Source: Harriotta raleighana (taxonomy: Eukaryota). From it: a stretch of DNA of 64,000 nt. Both the position numbers and the translations under genes were made by a program. Below the pieces are notes generated by a model. It saw only the letters and a list, made by a program, of their open reading frames with translations. It did no database searches and had not been told where the DNA came from. Of the stretch, positions 37,473-50,899 are shown piece after piece (the first letter of the stretch is position 1; every line of letters begins with the position of its first letter). Where the stretch lies: the NCBI GenBank assembly GCA_050575255.1, contig JBNZDD010013697.1, forward strand, positions 4,662,263-4,726,262, read 5' to 3'.

Positions 37473-38459
37473 ACAGTTTTAATCACTCTGTAGAGGTAAT
37501 TTCTAAATGGTTTTCAGTAATGGGTCAGCTAAACCAATAATATTGCTAAGATTCAATTGGATAACAACGTACACGTTCAATGCAACAAAAAAAATCATTT
37601 AATAACATTTTAAAAAGGTTGTAATGCTTTATAATATTGAAACATCACAAAGCGATCTTAGCAATTTGCACTAAAAAAAAGAACTGGAAGAGCTTTTTAC
37701 ATTCACTGTAGGCTGCCTTCTGGATTATTTTGAATGTTCTGGAAACTGTTCTCTGAGGCAGTTCCTTGCAGCGGATGCAACGCTGAGCAAGAAAGGGCAG
37801 GACGTACGTTTATGGCTGTGACTTGAAACTTGGCAACTTTCTGATCTTGTCTCTAACGAGGAAGACGAAGAAACCAAGGAAAGGTCAGTACTGCCCCCAA
37901 AGGCAAAGAGGAAGAATGACAAAAGGGTTCTGATGCATCTCTCAATCGTGTTGGCATCACCTGGGAGCAGGTCACAGACTTGCCCTTTCAGCTGGGGAAC
38001 AGGTTAAGAGAGAGAGGAACAATTTGAAAACAAAATTGAGCATGTTGCCTTTTCTATTTGAATAGCCTCATCTGTCACAAAGTGGGTTCCAATCATTGCC
38101 TGAGGCCAGGACACTCTTTTATTATGCGGGCAGGTGTGCTGCAGCACTGGTGTCTCATGTAAATTCAGTGCGAATGAGGCAAGTGGCGCTTGGCATGGTC
38201 TAGTGTCTGTATCCGCTTTTACATTAGGACGTTTCAGGAAGAGAAGCAAAGAGGTTGCCCTTAAAGAAAAATGGGATACTATCCCAAAACCAAATTAGAG
38301 AACCACCTGGTTCATTCTGCTGGCCCCTTGCTGTGATACAAAACTGTGATTATGTGTCAATGCAGTATACTTTGTGGGTAAAATTAGGCCAGACATGTTT
38401 TACGCTGGGGCCTGCAATTGGAAGACATAAGACATAACCGAGGATTCATAAATCATAAT

Positions 38460-38640
38460 AACAATAAATAATAACGATCCTTGCATTTTGGTATAGCATC
38501 TTTCATTTTGGGAGGATGTCTCGAAACACTTTGCAGGAAATGCTGTAAAGTGAACTGATCACATTTTTGTGGAGAAACATGGTAGCCAAATTGCACTCAG
38601 TAATGTTCACAAACAGTCAGGAAGTGAATGACCAATGAAT
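38460..38640 (-). mobile_element. SINE 3' part
   Basis: aataataacgatccttgcattttggtatagc...cacaaacagtc. Confidence 0.7.
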
Positions 38641-39904
38641 ATTAAATCTTGCTGATGTAAATCATGTCAAGCTTTAAGAATGCTGTTCCCACTCTAACAT
38701 GCACACAAGGAGATTGTATTGTAACAGGTACATGTTCTACTACCAGAAGGATTCAGTGTAAATCCTTGGCAAATCCTGATGAAACTAATTCTTGTGTCAG
38801 GATGTCATCAAATGATTAATTGTAAAGTGTAGTGACTGTGTATTTTTTACAGCCAATGCAGCAGCCAACAATAACTATCCCGCAAATAGCCATGAAGAGA
38901 ATGTCCAATTTTATCTGAGAAATTGTTGGCCAGAATACTGAGAAGCTCCCTTCTCGGTTTTTTAAAAAATATTTTGTGCCATGGGAACTTTAATATCCAT
39001 CTGAACAGTCCGAATATAGGACAGCAATCTTCTGACGCAAGAGTGTTCCTGACTGAGCCAGCCTGATACCTGGCTCATGCATCAAATGTAACTTCACTTT
39101 ACATCTCAATGTTACAACTGTTTATATTGTTATTTTAAGTGGTTTCATTAACTACATGGAATTTCCATTAAATTGGAGGAAAATAAATTGTTGATAAGAT
39201 CAGTATTCTGTAAATCTATATGCAAAGCATCTTTGGTTCAAAATTGCAACCTGTACTGTGTAATTATCACATTGAATCTGTTAAGAAACATCGCTTTTTA
39301 AACTCCATGGTTCCTTGTTCCACCACCTGTGCCGGTAGTTTGTTCTACATGCCTATAACCTTTTATCTCCTTCTGCACTTCCTATTGTCTCTTAGTAATA
39401 TGAAAACTACATTTTAAGCAGTTGGCAGCAACTTATAAATGCTCCAGCTCTACCATGTCAATTCATTTTAAATTAAAATGCTCAGTATTGTAGTTTATTG
39501 ATGTCATCTGGGTAAGTCACACTCTTATTTCCAGGCAATACAGTAATCTGAAGAAAATTTGACAAGGAGAAGCTTTGCAACATTAAATCATTGGTTTATA
39601 GTTTTTAGTAAGTTTAATAAGTGCACATGAGCACCCAATATGAGGGGCCCGTCGGTGCATTGCACCAATTGCACTGATGTTAAAAACTCCTCTGGACTGG
39701 CTGAAGTGTGCAGGTGTGCTGTGATTCAGTTAGTAGTTCAATGGTTTAATGCTGCAGCACATACCGCAGGCTGCACTGTGGATGAGCAAGTGCTTTAGGC
39801 AGGATTAGCTGCACAGAAGGCTCTCAAAGGAAGCTTGGTTCTGTACATTGTAAAGCTGGAGAAAGAACTACTGAAGCTAGGAGAGGACCAAGTCATGAGG
39901 TGAT

Positions 39905-40330
39905 TAATAACAACAATCATAATTATTGCATTGACCTTTCACATCAGGTGGGTGTCTGAAAGCTGTAAAGTGTAGTGATTGTGTATTTGTAGGCAAACTT
40001 GGTAGCCAGTTTGTGCACAATATAACCAACAAACAAACTTGACATGAATGACCAATTAATTTTATCAGGGGATTGCTTGTCAGAAAACTGGAAGAAACTC
40101 CCTTCTCTTTCGAATATTGCCGATTAATCTTTAATGTCATTTGAATCAGCAGACAGAGCCTTAGTTTAACATCTTATCCAAAGGATGACACCTCTGGCAA
40201 TCTCCTCCGTACTGTATTAGAATTCAGGCTGGACTCTGAGCCCAAAGTTTCGGCATAAGGCTTGGGGCTTGAACCCACAACTGTTCAACTCAGAGGTGGA
40301 AACGCTACCAATTGAGCCAGCCTAACACAG
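39905..40330 (-). mobile_element. Deu-domain SINE, near full length
   Basis: Deu core agtttaacatcttatccaaaggatgacacctct, tRNA-like head (rc of cttgaacccacaac...attgagccag) and L2-like tail. Confidence 0.78.
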
Positions 40331-40971
40331 TGTGTTTCATTAAACCCACTGCTTACTCAACACAAACTTTATCCAAGTAACCCCTGACCTTTCAATACAA
40401 ATGACACATTACTACCTAAGGGCCTAAAATGTTATCTTATAAGGCTTGCAACAGGATTTGCATATAATAAACTGGAAACTCCAACCCATACCATTCTCCT
40501 GCTTGGCGCTACAGCTGCAATCCAGCAGTTAAACTGACATTTGTGTCTGAGAAAGTTCTAGAGAGACATATTCAGGATTTGCTATTTACAACTCATTTTG
40601 CAAATTAGACTACACTGTGTTATTTATAAAGTGCATACAACTGAAACTTATCCTCTCTTAATTTACATACCTTCAAAAATCTCCCATTCAGTCAATTTTA
40701 GAATGACTAACTTGACTGTAGAGGGTAAAATGTTTAGGATGGGGGGAGGTGGGGCAGGGATGTTGTGTATTTCTAAACTCTCTGACTGATTGAAATGATG
40801 GATTACAGGTACAGTATTAGTAAATGGGTCATTATTGCACTGGTATTAATGGATACTTTATGAGGCATCTTAGGAAATCCTTCCAGAATTTGCACTGGCT
40901 ATGATAAAATAAAAATATTCTTATGAATCAGTTTTGTAAGATAAATTCTTACCCATGGAAATAAAATAAGA

Positions 40972-41175
40972 ATAACAACAACAACAACAAAATTATACTT
41001 GTATAGCACCTTTCACTTTGGCAGGCTATCCCAAGGCTCTGGACACTCAATGTTTCAGACCCAAGCTCAGGTCGGGATCCGGGAGGGTGGAGGGAAGGGA
41101 GGGAGGTGGGGTGACCAATGGGACTATCGAAGAGAAGGGTCTTGAGGTGGAACTTGAAGGAGACTAGGGAGGTTT
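40972..41175 (-). mobile_element. L2 3' end
   Basis: (caa)n tail plus rc of FKFHLKTLLFD. Confidence 0.85.
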
Positions 41176-42319
41176 TATTGTAACTATAATTATTTGAGCT
41201 AACAGATGAATGCCACATTTTAGTAACAACTATTCATAAGAGTAATTCAGCTTTAGTCTCAGCTGATGTCAGATTCAGTCTATAGACACATTGATTCCAT
41301 ATAAATGAACTTCATATAAATCAACTCTAAATTTTGTGAGAAAACATTTGAAAAGAGGGTTTTTCTAACCCACATTGGCTTATCATGGTTTCGACTCCTA
41401 CACCGAATCCTTTATTGTGTGTTAGTTGAGACAATCAAGCAGTAGCTTACAGATAGATCAATTTCGTACGAGATACTCAGATAGTGGTAACTGCAGGGTG
41501 TGAAGCAATGCCATCACGTTTGAGAGGAGACCATGATAAGTAGATCCTTGTTGAGCTGTAACAGCCGTGCACTGTGAACAGTGAACACAAGAAGAAACAC
41601 TGTACCCGAAATGAACAGACAAATATGCTCTTCATACACAAGCCTCATCCTTGCGTTGTATTCTTTTGCTTTGCGCAATTTATGTTAATTTATCTGAATC
41701 AAAAACAATAAGTAACAGTCACTGAACCCAATGCAGCTGAATGTTTCAGTTAGAAGTACTTGAATATTTAATGATAACAGCTCTCCATCTTCCCACTGAT
41801 CACCTGATGAAGTTGTTATAATCCTTTAATGTCACCAACTGTTCTGAATTTTGGAACTGACATGTCGATTTAAACATTCGTGTAACTATGCCAACAGGAT
41901 AGGATGACATCAATCCAGTGATATTTAAACCAGAGCACTGTTTCTCACCTGTGTGATCCTGAAAGCTGTTTACTTTCACTTCTGTTTCTCCAAAAACCAA
42001 TGTGTCAAGACAATTCATCTCTCCCAACAATAGCAGGTGCTGAAAACATAGCTTCCGACAGAATTGCCAGCAGTTTCGAACACGTTTCTAACCATAGCTT
42101 AAAACTGGGAATTAACCGTTTAACTGTTCAGGGCAGCAACCACTAGATCTAATTTGCAATATTTACGAACAAAATTAAACGTCAAAAAAGTAACAATTAT
42201 CACATCTCATTTTGCAAATATCAAGAAATTCAGATTTTACTGAAGGAAGCCATTTGGCCTATCACATCCGCATTGAATCCCTGAATTCCCACTTCACAGC
42301 CCATTCATCCTGTTAGTAC

Positions 42320-42880
42320 AATAAGTTGAATTTATATAGCGCCCTTCACACAGAGTAGTGCTGCAGAGCGCTTGATAGTGGTGGACCACGACACCAGGAT
42401 GCGGCTTGCGGGGTGGGGGACAGGGATTGTCCGCACAATCTGAAGATGGGAAAGGAAGGGGACAAGGTAGAAGATAGAGGAAGAGTGTTACAGAGTTTGG
42501 GGATGTAGTGGCTGAATCCACTAATGGTGGATTGGAGGACATGAAGGACATGCAAGAGGCCAGAGCCAATTGAGAGGTAGGGAGGAGCCAGGGCAGGACT
42601 GTTTGTGGGACACTGCTATCCCATTTCACCCACAAAATATATAGTCAATTCACTTACAGTATATTCTGCGAAGCACTTTGAGACATCTAGAAGACGTGAA
42701 AAGTGCTACATTAAATGCAAGGATTATTATTATTATGAAGGGATTTGAAAATGAGTGTGAGGATCTTAAAATCAATCTGTTTGGTGCGAGGAATCCAGTA
42801 GAGCCTGACAAGCTTTGGTGTGACGGAGGTATGGGTGAGGATGTGGATGGTGGAGGTTTGTAACAGCTGGACTTTATGGA
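42320..42880 (-). mobile_element. L2 3' fragment interrupted by a + strand SINE tail at ~42598-42735
   Basis: L2 tail gttgaatttatatagcgccc; L2 resumes at gaagggatttgaaaatgagtgtgaggatc after the (att)n. Confidence 0.8.
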
Positions 42881-42897
42881 TCAATCAAAAATCAATC

Positions 42898-43330
42898 AAA
42901 ATTACATTTATATAGCGCCTTTCACATCGGGAGGACGTCCCAAGGTGTTGTACAGTCAAGTAGGGATCAGAGCAGGGAGAGAGAGGTCGGGAAAGTAGGA
43001 AAAATTGACTGTATATTTGTGGGTGAAATGCGGCAGTCAAATTGCGCACAGCAGTGTCCCACAAACAGCCATGGAAATGGGGTTAGGGGAGAAAGGGGGG
43101 AAAGATGGCAAGGGGAGGGGTAGGGGGAAGGAGAACAGGAAAAACCGTTAGAACTGGGGACACCAGCGTGGAGGGTATTTAAATAATCGAGTAGGGAGGT
43201 GACGATTACAAAGTGTTTTGTCTGGAGGTATGGTACGGTCTGACCAATGTGGTGGAGTGGGGGGAAAGCGATTCTGGTCAGGGACTGGATGTGGGGCAGG
43301 AAGGGCAGCTGTTTTATATGTAAGATCCCC
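42898..43330 (-). mobile_element. L2 3' end with a nested antisense SINE piece (~43003-43075)
   Basis: aaattacatttatatagcgcctttcacatcgggaggacgtccc tail. Confidence 0.75.
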
Positions 43331-44394
43331 TAAACGGTTTGACTGCGAGCCAGACCAGTTGTTGCCCATTTCATACTGTCTCTTATACAAACTAGTCACA
43401 ATGTAAAATCTCACACCCCAGCCTTTCATCCATAAACATAATGGACAACATATCTAGATTCCTTTTGTTGGCTCAACATAGCACTTAAAACCTAAGAGCT
43501 CTCAAGATTACACAGTCCCCATCACTGAATGATAAGTGACAGAAAGTGGCCTCAACAAACTAGTCAGCTTTGCCTGACTTTGTTGACTCTTGTCCCAGAG
43601 CTCTGACCTGACACCTCTCCTCCCAGAATCACAATGCTGCAGTTCTATTACGTGTCCCCAAGGGCCTGTCCGAAAAATCAGCTGCTCAAAAACTGCTGTT
43701 CAGGCATTTTCGATTTGAATCCTGGACTCTACAGCTGTAATCATGCACTTTTCAAATCCTATAATGCTCAATTAGCTCATTAACTGCTTCAGTGACACCT
43801 AATACACATATTACAGGTGTGTCAACATTGGCTGCTTTGCTTGTATTAACGCTAGTTCCGAAATCACTTTTAGAAAAACCTGATGGGATTTTGTTAGTAT
43901 TTCATTAGCTAAAAATAATAATCCACTCAACAGACTGCATTTTTTTTATTAGTAAAGCAGTAATGATATACTGAATACTGTTATCAATATGTTATATTAG
44001 ACGAGTACTTCTATTACCAAGGCAAATTACACGATCAAACAAACGGAAACGGCATAGCAGTGCATTGAGACACATCCCATGCTTTGCAGTGAAACCTTCA
44101 ATGGAAATCGTTTCAGTTTGATATAAAATACTTACTCAAGATCCTTATTGGAAGCCAAAAATAGGGAGTGGATTCTGCCAAAAATCTGAATTTAAAATAA
44201 TTCATAATAATCCTTACATTTGATGTAATTTTCACAGCCTGGATTTGAACACAGGTCTCACGCTTGAGACAATTGCTCTAACCACTGAGCTACAGGACTT
44301 CACTTTTTGCCTAATGTAAACAAAATATAGAATGTTGGTGAGTAGGAAAGAGCAGGGTGCGGAAGGGAAAGAAGGTCAGCCAGCATTGAACAGT

Positions 44395-44697
44395 AATAAT
44401 AATAATCCTCACATTTGATATAGAGCTTTCCACGTTTTCTAGATGTCTCAAAGCACTTCGCAGAATACACCGTCAAGTGAATTGACTGTAAATGTGTGAG
44501 CGAAATGCGGCAGCCAACTGCTCACAGCAGTGTCCCACAAATAGTCGTGGCTTGAAATGAACGATTTATTAGTTGAGGGATTATCATTAGGCATGTGGAG
44601 TAAGGAAACTTGCCCACGATTTCACCCTGCCTGGAATTGAATCCAGGTCTCTCACTTGTAAGGTGATTGCTCTAACCACTGAGCTACAGGAATCCTG
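44395..44697 (-). mobile_element. tRNA-SINE, full length; flanked by further partial copies at ~44203-44300 and ~44711-44800
   Basis: rc head ggattcctgtagctcagtggttagagcaatc, with common body and tail. Confidence 0.9.
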
Positions 44698-46400
44698 TAA
44701 AGTGACCTATTAATAATAATCCTTGAATTTGATATAGCTCCTTGATATCATTGAGACGTGTCAACGAGCTTCAAAGAATGCACTGTAAAGTGAATTGATT
44801 GTGTTCTTTTTGAGTTTTGTTCAACAGCCTAGCTTAGACATACTGATGTAAGCAATTTTCAGGGTGACTCAGCCTATCTTCAAACCTCTTTTTGTTTACT
44901 TTGGGACATGCCAGGTGGACACAAGAGTTTTCTCCAGTCCTGTAACTTTCTATATTCCTATTTTACCTCTGCAACACCAATAATAACTGGATAATCCTTG
45001 GAGTTCACTTTTATTCCCATACATGGATGCTCCTGGGCCAATTTCTACCTTTATCAGTTACCTCTACTCTACTAAGTGCTCTGAGAATCTACCCCAAGTG
45101 AAGAACCTGATATATAAATTTGTTTTAGTGAGGAACTCCAAGATCTCATATGTAGCTGGTTTTGCTTCCGTAGACAGTAGTGACATTTTCAATGCATAGG
45201 CCTCCTCTACATCAGAGTCTTTACTGATGGCTCACTTGTGGGTGGCTACAGGTGTTTCAAGTGCGACACACGCAAAATCCCTCAGCAGCACCTGTCATGG
45301 TTAACAATGTCATCTCTCATCATGCACAGTGACCTCTATGGATGTTTTTTTCTACTCAAGACTGCACGGCATTTGTGAACAAATCTATATTTTGCATTAA
45401 AAAGGAACATTAGATTTGTGATTAAATATTTTACATGGATTAGCATTAAAATTTATACAATTGCATTACATTACGCATTAGATATCTTACTACAGTAGCT
45501 GTTGAAAGTGAAAACACATTTAAAATGACATACTGATATTCAGACTTCAGACCCACCAGAGCAGCTTTCTTTCCCTTTTTTCTCTCTATCATCTGCTTGT
45601 TCAGTAGCTGTGAGTAATTTTGCTTATGGTTCCTTTCACAGCATTGAGCTATTTCAGGTCTATTCAGCCCTTTTGCATTTAAAAATGTCATTACTCATGT
45701 GGTCATTTTCTGCCCAGGCTACTTGGAGCTTTCATGATCTAAATATGTCATTTGAAGACTTCTTGTATAACAGTTCTTGCATATCGAAATACACCTCAGC
45801 TTTTCAAAGTGTGGTAGTGATACCTATGATCTGCGTTTTTAGCACTTCTAGCACAAAACAAAATCATATTCGCTCAGAAATTGTTCATTTTGAGGTTATT
45901 AAGGTCATTCATTTGCACAATTTATGTTTGACTAGATGGCGAAAGATATTGTTTATAAATTTGCTGTTACAACAAAACTTGGAGCTCAGGCAGTAAATCA
46001 GTGCCTCTCATGCCCATTGGGAGAGGCTTCTAATTGCAGACTGGGACTGGTGCTCTTGGTAATACAATTCGACATCTTTGGTTTGTTTCGCTGCTTTTCT
46101 ACCTTAATCCCATTTCCTTCCCAATACTGGCGCTAATGATAGTGTGGAGCTGGCAGACTGCAATGCCGAAGATTGCAAATGCACTGTTTATGCTCAGTCC
46201 TGGAGCTGGAATTTCAGTCAAAGTACTGCAGGATACCACCCGCTGGTTCATTAAACCATGCTGTTTATACATTACCGCAGGGCACTTTCACTAACAGAAG
46301 GTGGAAAAAACATGACTTGGTATTATAAAGAGGCAGGCACTCTTGCCTCACTTCCCTATCTCTTGCCCACAATCCTTCCTAATGGCTTTGCCTCACTTAC

Positions 46401-46539
46401 CTGAGCTGCCTGTTCTGTTCCTCGCGTGTTTTTTTAATATAAACTGAAGTGGATTATTTTCCTTCTCTGTGAACACCAGGTGTGTGTGTGTATGCATGCA
46501 TGCACAGGAATTCTCTCCAGAGTTCGGTGAACAAGACAT
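46401..46539 (-). other. Candidate first/alternative exon ending in a consensus donor (phase 1)
   Basis: ATG at 46539 opens 46 codons to CAG|gtaagtgag. No homology recognised. Confidence 0.22.
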
Positions 46540-47609
46540 GAGCAATAATACACAAAGACTTTGCTTATCTTTCCCACTCTCCCATTCCCACCTTAGTATG
46601 TTTACATAAATAATAGGAATCCTTACGATAGAGTGCCTATTTCTACATTTCTTTACAAAAATAGCATTTTTTTTCAAAAGGATAGGGTGAAATGATAAAC
46701 ATTTGAAACAAATTTAATATAAGATGAAATAAGATAAAAGCAAATGTAACCAAAGTACCACAAGCTGTGTGACTGAGAATTCCTCCACCAATGAATTGAG
46801 GTTTAATAGTTTGGGATTATGCTCATTGGAACACAAATTGTATACAGGAAATATGAGCAGGAAGTAACTTGGTGCATTGGGAATACTATTATTTGTGCTT
46901 TATCTTTATACCAAGTATACGTTCAATGGAATTAGGTTATTTGAGGATTTCACACTGTACTCATTGTATTTTCACTTTGCAGAATTTCTCTTTTAACTTT
47001 ATTTCTACCCAGTGTACTTGGTAGAATATGATTTTAAAAGATACTACCAAAGAAGTTAATGGAGCTGACATGTACCATCATCAAAATTCTTGCTGGTGAT
47101 AAATTTGCTCAAAACGTATACAGATATTTGGACATATTGCACTCAGCTCAAAATCATACTCAAACATGTAGCATTATTTTAGAGCATAGTTCATGTGTTG
47201 ATTTTACCAATGATGGCTGTGTGGGAGTGAGGTACAGCAGGTTGTAATTGAGGACAAGTGGGTGAGCTACTTGTTCCTATTCATAACATATGGTACATCT
47301 AGGTGGCGTGTCCATTATTGTTATGTATGTTATTATTTTTGATTGTTTCACAAAAATGTATCAAATATTGGGCTGGACCTTTCTCTCTGATGGTACAGAG
47401 GAGCATTACTGTTGCCAACAATACAGCATCTGTTGATCTGAAAATAATGGCATAAATGGACTACTGCCAGGTTTGCAGTTTTCCTTCTCTCATAGCAATA
47501 GCAGGATGGAGCTACCTGAAAGATGCATTGAGGTGCTTGACATGTGGTCAAATCCATGCTAATGGTTAGTGGCAGGAATTTGCACCTTTGCTATCATATT
47601 TAGAAGCCG

Positions 47610-47840
47610 CTCACAATCGAATAGGAGGGTTTTGAGACCGGCCTTGAAGGAGACAAGGGTGGAAGTGAGGTGAAGTTAAGTGCCCCCACACTCTGGAACT
47701 GTGGGATGGAGTTTCAGAGTGGGGGGGGCAATGAAGGCTGCCAAGTGGAGAGGCCATGGAGTATGGGGTTCCCGAGAGTGGAGGGCAGAAAGGCTCAATG
47801 CCCAACTGCAGTGGTGGAGAGGGCAGGATGGAGCACATGC
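47610..47840 (-). mobile_element. Decayed L2 3' fragment
   Basis: gggttttgagaccggccttgaagg...ggatggagtttcagag. Confidence 0.7.
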
Positions 47841-48639
47841 ACCTAAACTAATTTAGTAGCTTCCATTACACTCTCTCCAACACATAAATATTTATGATTT
47901 TGTCAGTCAGATGGCTGACCTGTAGAATATCTAAGCCAAACTACTGAGAGTTCTACATTTGTTTTTGAAGTAGATAACCTCTGCTCATTATCCAAATATG
48001 ATCTGACCAAGGCCACGGTGAATTTTAGTATCATCTGTTTTGTTTCATATCTGTCTGGGAACACTGTACTGAAGGCTTTAATCCACCAAAACCTCAAATC
48101 ACACTTTGTACTTATTTCTCCTGGTGTCCTGGCCAACAATCCCCAAATTAAATTGTTTATTCATTTCCAGGTTGTTTGTGGGACATTGCTGTGTGCAAAT
48201 TGGTTGCCGAATTACTTGCGAATATAGAGTCACCACATTTGATTGTAAATGATGTGAAACACTTCTAAATCATTATTATTACATCTCCAGCACATTTTTC
48301 AAATCAACTTTTCTTCTGCTGCACCAAAGCTTTACATTTTTCTGCAACAACAGATGAACTTTGACATGTTTAGTATTTGTATTTATCACCATTGGGTAAA
48401 AAATAAAGACATTGATTAATTGCAAGTCACTTTGCTGATGACACAACCTTCTCCACTTCTCTTGTTTGTGGATCTAGAATGACATTAAAACACCACAATT
48501 ACATAATTAGCAGATGAAAATAAAAGTGGCTATCAAGTCTTGATCAATAAAACAGGATAAAAGGGACTGGAATAATCACTTTAATAGTTAAATCGTTAAG
48601 GGTTATGGGAAAGTGGGATTAATAAAAACAAAGGAAACA

Positions 48640-48990
48640 CGATTTATAATTTATGTAGCACCTTTCATGTCTCAAAACACAGAGCACTGCTGACTCAGCA
48701 TCCGAGCTGTGGATGGGAGGCAAAATGGATGAAGTGGGGAAAGATGACCAAAAGTACTGACAAAGAGGTACATTTTAAGGGCAAGATTTGAACTTGAGAG
48801 GGAGCAAGCGAGTTGGAGAGATTCTGAGTTGGAGTTTCAGGGAACTAGGATAAAATGGATGAAAGCCCACATTCCGAAGGTGGGCAGAAAGGGCAGGGAA
48901 CATGAAACAAGACTGTGTTCGCTAAGTAAAGGGAGTGGCCAGGTCAATATGGTTAAATGAGCCACAGAAGCAGGAGTGGGGATGAGCATG
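48640..48990 (-). mobile_element. Decayed L2 3' end
   Basis: atttatgtagcacctttcatgtc tail and purine-rich rc 3'UTR. Confidence 0.6.
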
Positions 48991-49014
48991 GAAAGATTAA
49001 TGTGATAGTGACAC

Positions 49015-49212
49015 AGACAACAGGTCAGCCTGCATCTGTAGAGAAAGGAAAAGTTAGTCAACGTTTCGGGTCCACGACCCTTTGTCAGACCAGTTCTGAT
49101 GAGGGGTTATGGACCCGAAACATTGAGTCACTCAATTTCTGCCTGTTGAGTGTTCCCAGCGATTTCTGTTTTTGTTTCAGATTTCCAGCATCTGCAGTAT
49201 CTTGCGTTTTTG
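49015..49212. mobile_element. Penelope-like terminal-repeat-derived palindromic element
   Basis: Inverted arms around 49092, and the tail ctgttgagtgttcccagcgatttctgtttttgtttcagatttccagcatctgcag is shared with 59389-59462. Confidence 0.7.
49091..49130 (+). ncRNA. Degenerate minimal (type I, Penelope-type) hammerhead ribozyme core
   Basis: CTGATGA (49096-49102), G, stem II GGGT-tatgg-ACCC, GAAA (49117-49120). Helix I and III are partly decayed. Confidence 0.55.
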
Positions 49213-49664
49213 ACACAGACAGGATGGCCGAATGGCCTCAATCCATAATGGATAATTCTGTTTCTATCATGCAAGTTGTGTAAAACATATGCAAATATTT
49301 AGTTGGTTGTTTAATGCATAATTTGGAGCCCCTGTAATTCCCTATGAACACAAGGGTTTCAATATTGATAGCATAATTGACATAATAACCCCCAATCTAC
49401 AACAACAACTTGCATTTATATGAATAGCGTTTGTGTGAGTAGCGTTTTGGAATGTAGTTTATAAGGGCAAGTCCAGTTTAGTCAGAGCTTGAATAACACA
49501 TATTTTACTGAAAGTGTATGCCACAACCACAGCTTTATACCTCTTTGATATCTGACTTCCTTACATATATACCACCCAAACAACAGCAAAACCGGGTTTT
49601 AACCCGTAACCTAAAAAGAAAACACTCTTTGATATTTAGTCTTTATTAATTTATTTATTTGCCT

Positions 49665-49855
49665 AATAATAATCCTTCCCCCAAAAAATTAGAAATTTGG
49701 TCATCTCAATCATGACTGTTTGTGGGACAGTGGTGCGCGCAATTGTCTGCTGCATTTCGTCCACAAGTAACAGTTAATTAACTTTACAGTATATTCTGTG
49801 AAGCACTTTGAGACATTTAGAAGAAATGAAAAGCGCTATAAATATTATTATTTTT
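49665..49855 (+). mobile_element. tRNA-SINE 3' part
   Basis: Common body and tail. Confidence 0.85.
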
Positions 49856-50899
49856 ATTTGTCTAATATTGCAGCCATGCAAGCAACCGCTCTGAATAATT
49901 TTGTGTCAGTGAATCTGCTCTTTTTCTAGCATGTTTGTAATAATAACTAGTTCCGCACAAACGTCTGTGTGTGGAAGCTGGTTAATATTACCCCAAACTT
50001 CAGTTCACATGAGACTTGCAGTTGTAATAAGAGTAACTGTTTTCTTATCAAGTCTGGACCAGATTCAATACCAGATTCCATTCCCAGAAAGGACAGTGTT
50101 GTAGTCCACTGAGCCTCATAGTCCCTTTGCTAATTTTTCTTGCACATCGCACAATTTCAAGATTTCTGAAAGCATTGTTCCATGCAGTTGCACTAATTTT
50201 AAAACCACAAACAAGGAACTTAAAAAAAACTAAGACGTTCCCAATAAAATCCCTTGTGCTGCCATCTGTCACTACCTTTCTCCTTCAGCTTGATAACAAA
50301 ATCTGGGACACAAGCTTTTCCATCTCCACCACTTCATAACCATTTGAAAGAAGATTCTCCTCTGTCCTAGTAGCCTTTTCTGCCCTTTTTTTTCTCTATT
50401 GAAATTTTGCTTTCATACAATCATAACCTAGGGGTTCGTTGATATCAAACAAACCTCACTCACTGAGGAAAATGTAATTCAAATGTCAATCTGCACTGGA
50501 GTGTATGCCTAGTCATATAAATAGGAACCCAGCTGCAAATAAAAGATTACCTTGATACACAGTATTGTAATAGTTATTTTAATTGTGCTTCTTTAAATAA
50601 AATATTAATTTAACAAACAGACTAACAATTCTAAATATATTGCAATAAAAATTCTGCTCAGCGATTGTTTAATGCAAATGAAGTATTTCTTACAATATGA
50701 AATAAAGATATTCAAAAGATATGCATACAATTACTAAAATCTTTGTATTCATTCTTTTAGACTCTTTGCTACTCATGCTTCACTCACTCGACCAACCTTT
50801 GGAAGTTGAGCAGTCAATTGCCTTCTATCCCCCTTTTCATCTGTCGCCAAATAAACTATGGATTGAAAAATGTGACAATCAGTGTCATCTTTGATATCA

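Noticed and set aside
37725-38249. Short ORFs in a GC-richer unique patch
   Set aside because: No convincing splice-site pair or recognisable peptide.
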